From an uncultured Acidimicrobiales bacterium (GTDB lineage: Bacteria > Actinomycetota > Acidimicrobiia > Acidimicrobiales > RAAP-2): a stretch of DNA of 64,000 nt. A model generated the notes under the pieces. The model was not told where the DNA came from. It ran no database searches and saw only the letters and a program-made list of their open reading frames with translations. The stretch covers positions 1,883,151-1,947,150 of the forward strand of contig OY969793.1 in assembly GCA_963703145.1 (NCBI GenBank), written 5' to 3'. This document shows positions 57,188 to 64,000 of the stretch, piece by piece. Numbering within the stretch: the stretch's first letter is position 1; the number at the start of each line of letters is the position of its first letter. The translations under genes and the position numbers were made by a program.

Positions 57188-58225
57188 TCAGGGGATGGCC
57201 GGATTGAGCCAGGGCTCGATGGCGGACAGGACGGCACCCGACGGCTCGGCGGCCAGCGTGCTGAAGCTGCCGACACCGGGTGACCAGTAGTTGGAGAACG
57301 CTGCCGCGTACCATCCGGACAGGAACCCCTGTTCGGCACAGTCGCAATTCGGCGCCCAGCTGGCCGGGTGGATGCCGAGGATCCCTTCGATCTGGGACTC
57401 GCCACCTTGGGGCTCTACGGCCGCGGCATCGACCTCGTGGCCGATCTCGAAGGCGGTGATGGCGGCCAGGCGCTGGACTGTCTCGCCGGCATACACGTAG
57501 AGCACCGAGGTGCCCCCGGTGTGACCCCAGGTGAACGTGGTGTTGCCGTAGAAGCCGGGCGAGGGCGCGTCAGCGATGGGCAGGAACTGGATCGTGTAGC
57601 CGGGGATGCGCTGCCACGGGTAGCGGACCAGCGTCAGGGCCTCGGCCCCCAACTGGGCCGGGGTGAGGTCGGCGGTTGTGGCCGGGGGTGCAGTGGTGGC
57701 CGGCGGTGCGACGGCGGCCGGGGCGGCCACCGCCACGGGCGGTGCGGTGGTGGTCGGTGCTGGCGCGGTCGTGGTGGATGCGGGCACGGTCGTGCTGGGT
57801 GCCGTCGTGGTGGCCGGCGCGATCGGGCTGGCGGCAGTGGCCGGGTGGAGGGTCGTGCCGTCGGCAGGCACCGACGGCGCACCACGGTCAGCGGCGGTGG
57901 CTGTTGCGACCGTGGCGTGCCGGGCGGACCCCAGGGACAAGATGGTGGCGACGACCACGGCCACCACCGTGGCCACGACGACGAGCTCCAGGCGGAGGAG
58001 CGAGCGTCGCTGCTCGAAGGTGGCCCGGCGCAGTCGAGCGAAGGGGCCGGGTGCCCGGCGGTCGGGGCCGACGTACTCGTCGGACAGAACCAGGCGCGGA
58101 TGGTCGAGATCGGCCAGCAACTCGGGTGAGGCGGCCTCGAGGACATCGGCGGGCGCGACGGTAGGTGGCACCAAGCGGTTCTCCAGCGCGGTGGCGCCAG
58201 GCCCGTCCGTAAGCGTCGCGTCCAT
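57188..58225 (-). CDS. Single-pass membrane protein with Pro/Thr/Ala-rich linker and C-terminal domain carrying a degenerate FEIGHE (HExxH-like) motif
   Basis: N-terminal LLADLDHPRLVLSDEYVGPDRR, TM LVVVATVVAVVVATIL, PT-rich linker, then AITAFEIGHEVD. Confidence 0.55.
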   Translation of the reverse strand: MDATLTDGPGATALENRLVPPTVAPADVLEAASPELLADLDHPRLVLSDEYVGPDRRAPGPFARLRRATFEQRRSLLRLELVVVATVVAVVVATILSLGSARHATVATATAADRGAPSVPADGTTLHPATAASPIAPATTTAPSTTVPASTTTAPAPTTTAPPVAVAAPAAVAPPATTAPPATTADLTPAQLGAEALTLVRYPWQRIPGYTIQFLPIADAPSPGFYGNTTFTWGHTGGTSVLYVYAGETVQRLAAITAFEIGHEVDAAAVEPQGGESQIEGILGIHPASWAPNCDCAEQGFLSGWYAAAFSNYWSPGVGSFSTLAAEPSGAVLSAIEPWLNPAIP

Positions 58226-58362
58226 GCCCTGGGATCGGCAGATTCAGCCTCAAGCTGAAGCCGCAGGCACCCTCTCGGGCCTCCAGGCGTCGACTCACAC
58301 GGAGCGTGATGCACCGATGGGCACTCCCCGTGGTGACCCGGTCTGCTCACCGGGGCCTGAGG

Positions 58363-59034
58363 TCAGCGGCTGGCTGTGGCTCTGGCCCGAACCCGGGACA
58401 GGCGGGTGTTGTCACGTGCGGCCCGTGCCGTGGCCCGGGACTCCTGGCGCGCCTGGCGGGCGAGCCGGTTGTCGGTGCGCACCTGGAGGCGGGCGGCCTG
58501 TCCGGCGCTTCGTGCCGCGCGCTGTTCGGCGACAGCCGTCGCACGGGCGGCTTGGGTCGCCTGGCGGAGGGCCATTGCGGCCTGGCGGGCCTGGGCACGC
58601 GCCGATCGCGTGGCGTTGACCGCGGCCAGCGACGTGGCCGGGGGCCGGGTCGGGGTGGCCGGGGATGCTTGGTGGGAGGCGAACAGGGTCAGTGGGACCA
58701 CAAGGGCCACGGTCACCGCGACCAGCGCCACCCCCTGGTACCAGCGGAGCGACCGTCTGGCATGTGACCGCTGGCCGCCCGATCGGGTGGGACCGGGCAG
58801 GAGGGAGTCGTCCCAGTGGTGACGGGGAGCCAGACGCCGCTCGGGTCCGACGTAGCGGGGGGTGATGACCAGATCCGGCGAGTGGAGATCGTCCAGGAGG
58901 GCCGGAGGCACATAGACCTCCAGGGCCTGCGGGCTGCCAGACGGGCCGGTACCGAGGAGTGAGCAGGCTGACGGGGGTGCTGCCGACGGCCCTTGGGTGG
59001 GGGCATGGCGCCCCCTGTGCACGACATACCCCAC
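58363..59034 (-). CDS. Single-pass membrane protein, N-terminal paralogue of 57188-58225, Ala/Arg/Gln-rich C-terminus
   Basis: LLDDLHSPDLVITPRYVGPERR aligns with the neighbouring gene. TM VALVAVTVALVVPLTLF. Confidence 0.45.
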   Translation of the reverse strand: MGYVVHRGRHAPTQGPSAAPPSACSLLGTGPSGSPQALEVYVPPALLDDLHSPDLVITPRYVGPERRLAPRHHWDDSLLPGPTRSGGQRSHARRSLRWYQGVALVAVTVALVVPLTLFASHQASPATPTRPPATSLAAVNATRSARAQARQAAMALRQATQAARATAVAEQRAARSAGQAARLQVRTDNRLARQARQESRATARAARDNTRLSRVRARATASR

Positions 59035-59127
59035 GCCCCTCGTGTCGGCACGCTTGAGGTCGGACTGAAGCGGATTCCCGACGGTGGGTCGGTCGGTTGG
59101 TCGGTGCTCAGCCCCTCGCCGGACGTC

Positions 59128-60174
59128 TCAGATCGCCACGCCGAGGGCTCGGTAGACATCAGCCGTCTCCCCGGCGGTCCGGGCCCAGTCGAGGGCCTGG
59201 GCCCGCTTGGTGCCCCGTGCGGCCAACTCACCCCGGCACGCCTCGTCGGCAAGCAGCTGGCGCAGCGTCCCGGCCAGGCCGTCGACGTCGCCGGGTCGGA
59301 AGAGCTCCGCGCCATCGCCGATAACCTCGGTCACCGACGGCACGGGCGTGGAGACCACCGCCGCTCCGCACGCCATGGCCTCGATGGGCGGCAAGCCAAA
59401 CCCCTCGTAGCGCGATGCGTAGCCGACCAGGGTGGCGGCGCCGTACAGACCGGGCAGGTCCTCGACGGGCACGTGGCCGATCTCGACGGCCCCGGTCGGG
59501 GACTGATGGCCCCACAGGCTGTGACCGGTGAGCACCAGGGGCACCGGGACCATGCGGCAGGCCTCGGCCAGCGTGGCGATGTCCTTGCGGGGCTCGATGT
59601 TGCCGACGTGGAGCACGAACCGGTCCGGAAGTCCGTACCGGAGCCGGACCGCAGCCACGGCGTCGTCGGACGGCGGGAGCATGCCACTGCCGGGGGCCAG
59701 ATGGATCACCGTTGCGTCCCGTCCGAGTAGGGACTGGATCCGCTCGGCGGTGAACGCCGAGTCGGCGATCACCGTGTCGGCCCGGCGGATGGCATGGCGC
59801 ACGAGGATCCGCTCGCCGGCCACCCGGTAGCGGGGGAACGTCGAGGGAATATCGAAGATGGCCAGGTCGTGCACCGTGGACACCGACCGGCCCTGGCGCC
59901 GCCAGGGCAGGTCGACGTCGAGTCCGTGGACCAGCGGGAACGGTCCGAACCCGACGGCCCCGGTGAGGGCGCGGCCGACGCCGTCGGACTCCCGCTTCAC
60001 GAGCGGGGTGACACCGTCGGGGAGCTCGCCCCGACCCGACGGCCGCACAGCCGCGGTGAGGGGAACGGTGCTGACGCCGGCCATGGCCACGAGCAGCTCA
60101 CGGATGTAGGTACTGACACCTCCCCCGCGCGAGTCGAGCGGCAGTGCGTTGTAGACGATCCCTCGGTCCGGCAC
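59128..60174 (-). CDS. Glycosyltransferase family 4
   Basis: LHVGNIEPRKD and YEGFGLPPIEAMACGAAVVST. GTG 60174 lies 11 nt after the Wzy-like stop; the longer ORF to 60255 would overlap it. Confidence 0.8.
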   Translation of the reverse strand: MPDRGIVYNALPLDSRGGGVSTYIRELLVAMAGVSTVPLTAAVRPSGRGELPDGVTPLVKRESDGVGRALTGAVGFGPFPLVHGLDVDLPWRRQGRSVSTVHDLAIFDIPSTFPRYRVAGERILVRHAIRRADTVIADSAFTAERIQSLLGRDATVIHLAPGSGMLPPSDDAVAAVRLRYGLPDRFVLHVGNIEPRKDIATLAEACRMVPVPLVLTGHSLWGHQSPTGAVEIGHVPVEDLPGLYGAATLVGYASRYEGFGLPPIEAMACGAAVVSTPVPSVTEVIGDGAELFRPGDVDGLAGTLRQLLADEACRGELAARGTKRAQALDWARTAGETADVYRALGVAI

Positions 60175-60187
60175 GGTCAGGACCCGC

Positions 60188-61450
60188 TCAACGAGTCGTG
60201 CTGGCGCCGGCGGGGAGCCGACGAGATGGACCGGCTCGGCGGGTCCTGGCCACATCCCGATCGGCGCGGTCGCCCAAGGCGCCGGCCGCCAGGTCGGGTG
60301 GTCGGTCCCGGTGGAGGTCGGCGATGCCTAGCGACAGACCGGCGATGATGAAGGGCCCAGTGGACGAGGCCCCGATCCAAAAGATGTCGAACAGCCCGTC
60401 GACGTAGTGCCCGAGGAGCACCACGAGGCCGAGTGTGCCGAACGCGTAGGGAAGCCGGAGCATGGTGCGCGTGGTCACCAGGATCATGAACACGAACGCC
60501 AGTGATCCGATGATCCCGGTCGATGCCAGGTTGTCGACGAACACGTTGGGGGGCGCGGTGACGGACAGGAACTGGGGGAGGTTGTAGAAGCGCATGCCCT
60601 CACCCAGGAGCGGGCTGAGGTGCCAGACGTGCAGCGCTGCAGTGAGCTGGTCCACCCGCACCGACACCGAGTTGAACTTGGGATTGTTCCGGGCGTTGAT
60701 GGTGAAGCTGTAGTACAGCGCCACTGCCACGGGGATCGCGCCCAGCATCATGAGCCTGGATCGACGCCGCAGCTCGGGGTTCAAGAACACCGAGAGGGCG
60801 ATGGCCAGGATCAACAAGATGATCGACTGGCGCGACTGGGACGCCAGGAGACCACCGATGCACAGGTACTTGTTGATCCGGGCCTCGGTCCGGCCGATAC
60901 CGGCCCACGACGGGTTGATCTGGGCCACGAAGACGGCGATCCACATGATGGCCCCGATGCCGTTCTTCTGATAGGCGCCCCACTGGGCCGGCTGGAAGTG
61001 GAGCGCCACAGCGTGCTCCATCGTGATCACGGCCAGGATCGACGAGCCGCCCAGGAACAGCCGGAGCGCCTGCTTGGTCCGGCCGTTGGTGGCGATCACC
61101 CAGCCGACCAGCACACTGCCACCCAGATAGGACCAGCGATGGAACCACTCGATGACGTTGTCCCGGAACGGATGGGCCAGCACCACGAGGATGAGCACGG
61201 CCTGGAACCAGACGATCCCCATCATGAACTGCCGCAGGTACACGGCGTCCTTCCAGCGGACATGGAACAGGGCCACCAAGGCGCCCACGAACACCAAGAG
61301 GTCGGCGGCGCTCAGATTGGTCCCGCTGCCTCCCACCCGCTGGACCAGGAGGGAGCCGGGAAGCGCCAGGACCACCAGCAAGAGCGGGTCGCGCCACGAA
61401 GATACCGAAGGCCAGCACCGCACCGGCCAAGGCCAGACCGATCGTCTCAT
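60188..61450 (-). CDS. O-antigen ligase/polymerase (Wzy-like) polytopic membrane protein, possibly frameshifted at 5' end
   Basis: At least 10 hydrophobic segments. A different frame upstream (ATG 61532/61595) encodes a membrane-like N-terminus (MRSLATTVAMWLAIVAVAAAVGFAAAGHETIGLALAGAVLAFGIFV) that would join near 61390-61400. Confidence 0.65.
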   Translation of the reverse strand: MRRSVWPWPVRCWPSVSSWRDPLLLVVLALPGSLLVQRVGGSGTNLSAADLLVFVGALVALFHVRWKDAVYLRQFMMGIVWFQAVLILVVLAHPFRDNVIEWFHRWSYLGGSVLVGWVIATNGRTKQALRLFLGGSSILAVITMEHAVALHFQPAQWGAYQKNGIGAIMWIAVFVAQINPSWAGIGRTEARINKYLCIGGLLASQSRQSIILLILAIALSVFLNPELRRRSRLMMLGAIPVAVALYYSFTINARNNPKFNSVSVRVDQLTAALHVWHLSPLLGEGMRFYNLPQFLSVTAPPNVFVDNLASTGIIGSLAFVFMILVTTRTMLRLPYAFGTLGLVVLLGHYVDGLFDIFWIGASSTGPFIIAGLSLGIADLHRDRPPDLAAGALGDRADRDVARTRRAGPSRRLPAGASTTR

Positions 61451-61871
61451 GCCCGGCGGCAGCGAACCCGACTGCAGCAGCCACCGCCACGATGGCCAGC
61501 CACATGGCCACCGTCGTGGCCAGGCTCCTCATCCGGTGTTGGACCGTTCTTCCGCCGAGGAGGCGGCTCCTGGTGGCCATCGTGATCCGGCTCATGGTGG
61601 GGACGCGCTCTCGCTCATCGGCCTGGGAACGGCAACAACCGCCTTCCTCCAGCGTACCGCCCGGGGTGCCGCGCGGAGGCGCAGCCGCCGTTTGCATCTC
61701 AAGATCGGGCGGTACGGTGTCGACGGTAGGGGTGATCCTGCATCGCCGCGCCGACGGCCGTCCCGGTCGGGACGGCGGCGAACGGCATGCACAGGCGTCG
61801 AGGAACTGATATGGCAACTCCACACCCCAGTGAACAGCGACGACATCGTCACCGACGGGAGGACCGACACC

Positions 61872-63000
61872 ATGTCGCTTGTGGTCTGCTCCCTCGAGCC
61901 CTGGGGCGAGGTCCGGCGGCGGTTGCGGATCCTGGTGGACGAGATCGTCGACCTTGACCCCACGTTGCAGGTGCTGTTCGTGGCCCCGGCCGTCGACATC
62001 CCCCACCGTCTCCGCCACGGCAAGGGAGCCGGCCTCGCCGAACCCCGTCTCCAGCGGGTGCACCCCCGGATCCACGTGCTGCGCCCCAGCAAGTGGCTCC
62101 CCCGAGTCGTCGGCGGGTTCGCCGACCGTTCACTGGAACGCCAGGTCCTCGACGCCGTCGGTGAGCTCGGGCTCCGCCAGCCGCTGCTGTGGGTCAACGA
62201 CGCCGGCTACGCCGAGTTCGCCGTGCGGACCGGGTGGCCCATCCTCTACGACATCACCGACGACTGGCAGCTGGCACCGTCCACGCCACGAGCCCTCAAA
62301 CGTCTGGTGGCCAACGAGGACCTCTTGCTCGAGCGGGCCGAATCCGTGGTGGTGTGTTCTCCCGACCTCGCCCGGACACGCGGGCGCAGCCGGGTCGTCG
62401 AGCTCATCCCCAACGCCGTCGACGTGGAGCTGTTCCGAACGCCACGGCCTCGCCCGCCGGCCCTCCCCCCGGCACCGGTGGCGCTGTACGTCGGGACGCT
62501 GCATACCGAGCGCGCTCGACGTCGACCTGGTCCTGGAGCTGGCCCGCGCCCGGTCTGACGTCCAGGTCGTGCTGGTCGGTCCGGACAGCCTGCCGGCCGA
62601 GGTCACCGAGCGCCTGGAGGCTGTCGACAACATCTACCTCCTCGGCCCCCGTCCCTATGACCAGATCCCGGCGTTCCTCCAGCACGCCGATGTGGTGATC
62701 ATTCCCCACCAGGTCAATCCGTTCACCGAGAGCCTCGATCCCATCAAGGCCTACGAGTGCGTGGCGGTCGGTCGACCCACCGTGTCCACGCCGGTGGCCG
62801 GGTTCCGGGACCTCGGCCCGCCGGTGGTGGTGGCCGAACGCGAGGCGTTCGTGGCGGCCGTGTCCGCCTCGTTGGCCTCGGATCCACCCCCCGCAGCACC
62901 GGTCGCCCTCGAGCGTCCAACGGTGCCCACCTGGCGCTACCGGGCCGAGTCCATGCTGTCCCTCATGGGCCAGACGCGCAGCCAGGCGCCGTCGTCGTGA
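61872..63000 (+). pseudogene. Glycosyltransferase (GT4/GT1-like) with one apparent frameshift
   Basis: The frame from ATG 61872 reads ...PVALYVGTLHTER and then derails. The 61879 frame continues LDVDLVLELARARSDVQVVLVGPD...DPIKAYECVAVGRPTVSTPV. An extra base is suspected in GAGCGCGCTCGAC (62508-62520). Confidence 0.65.
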
Positions 63001-63088
63001 CCGGCCCCGCACCGAGGGTGCTGCTCCTGGCGGCATCGAGGTCGTATCCTCGTTCGTACTGCATGTCCTCACCGAAGGCGAGCATCCA

Positions 63089-64000
63089 CTGACGTTCCGT
63101 GACTTTCTCTCGACGATTTGGCGCCGGAAGCTGATCATCCTGGTCAGCATCGTCGTCGCGGTCGTGGCCGCCTTCACGTACTCGAAGGTCCGCAGCCCGC
63201 AATACCAGTCGACGGCCCTGGTCCAGGTGGCCGCGTCCACCTCGGCCTCGGGGACGTCGGGATCCTCGTCAGCATCCCCGGTCTCCCTCCCCGATCCCGT
63301 CCAGGAGCTGAACAGCACCGCGGTCCAGCTGGGGGCGGCCAGGATCCTCAAGAACCCCGACCTGGCCTCGTTGTCGAACAGCGTTACCGGCACTGTGGAC
63401 GCCACCACCGGGGCGTTGTCCATCACGGCCACCGCCTCAACCCCCCAGGAGGCCCAGGCCATGGCCCAGGCCTACTCCCAGTCGTTCATCGACCAGATCC
63501 AAGCGGTGGTCCAGGCCCAGGTGGACAAGATCAGCGCCAGCCTGACCACCCTCAACGCCAAGATCAGTGCCTTGGAACAACCCGGCACGACCCCGAGCGC
63601 GCTGGTCCAGGCGCAGATCTCGGCGTTGAGCCAGACCTCGGGAACCCTGCTGGCCGAGCAGTACAACATCCAGTCGGGTGAGCCCTACGCCACCATCCAG
63701 GTGGCTGCAGCCCTTCCCACGGCGTCGACCGGCCTGGGCAAGTCCAAGCTGCTCGGTCTCGGGTTCGTGGCCGGCCTTCTGGTCGGTATCGGGATCGCCC
63801 TGGTGCGCGAGCAGTTCGACACCCGTCTGCGGACCAGCCCCGACATGGAGTCCATCACCACGGCTCCCATCCTGGCCGAGCTCCCCCACGACAGCGATGT
63901 CCGGTCGGGCAAGATCGCCATCGCCCTGGTCCAGGCACCCCAGTCCCAGGTCGCCGAGTCCATCCGTGAACTGCGGACCAGCCTCCGGGTCATCTTCGAG
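63089..64000 (+). CDS. Polysaccharide co-polymerase (Wzz domain) / BY-kinase N-terminal part, 3' end cut by window edge
   Basis: Manual translation of an unlisted frame: LTFRDFLSTIWRRKLIILVSIVVAVVAAFTYS..., second TM LLGLGFVAGLLVGIGIALV, then ESIRELRTSLRVIFE, the segment that precedes the Walker A of BY-kinases. No canonical in-frame start exists. ATG 63063 is in another frame, so this is a possible fifth frameshift. Confidence 0.6.
   Translation, partial: MTFRDFLSTIWRRKLIILVSIVVAVVAAFTYSKVRSPQYQSTALVQVAASTSASGTSGSSSASPVSLPDPVQELNSTAVQLGAARILKNPDLASLSNSVTGTVDATTGALSITATASTPQEAQAMAQAYSQSFIDQIQAVVQAQVDKISASLTTLNAKISALEQPGTTPSALVQAQISALSQTSGTLLAEQYNIQSGEPYATIQVAAALPTASTGLGKSKLLGLGFVAGLLVGIGIALVREQFDTRLRTSPDMESITTAPILAELPHDSDVRSGKIAIALVQAPQSQVAESIRELRTSLRVIFE

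Noticed and set aside
57950-58900. Possible PilZ-like c-di-GMP RRxxxR motif in the shared YVGP[DE]RR region
   Set aside because: Only one of the two paralogues (RRLAPR) fits RRxxxR. No DxSxxG element or PilZ barrel-length domain follows.

Overview
High-GC actinobacterial chromosome segment; the WhiB regulator, frequent GTG/TTG starts and many Arg/Pro-rich shadow ORFs fit Actinomycetota. From left to right: (1) A core region with a glpD / FAD-oxidase / FGGY-kinase operon, a MoxR-DUF58-transglutaminase operon, redox and fatty-acid genes, xseAB and an RNase P RNA gene. (2) Directly after rnpB, a lower-GC accessory stretch from about 15.4 kb to about 27.7 kb, mosaic to about 33 kb. It holds small detoxification and modification genes (VOC x3-4, GNAT, SRAP, HAD, alpha/beta-hydrolase, methyltransferase, ParB-like, GntR, MerR), a Cys-pair-repeat secreted protein and several gene remnants, but no integrase. 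(3) A SipW-type signal peptidase operon with two ~90% identical TasA/camelysin-like genes, a third related secreted protein and a divergent HTH regulator. (4) Housekeeping-type genes (ADH, TetR, histidine phosphatase, DUF164 zinc ribbon, NUDIX, WhiB, epimerase). (5) A Wzy-type polysaccharide locus (LMW-PTP, GT4s, priming transferase, Wzy-like polymerase, Wzz/BY-kinase) that encloses an amino acid:carrier-protein ligase cassette (aaRS-like ligase, ACP, PPTase, ACAD-like, DUF1839-like). The cassette in (5) and the operon in (3) are the two best candidates for poorly described systems. Four apparent frameshifts cluster in the polysaccharide locus. All product calls come from motif recognition by eye; no database search was run.
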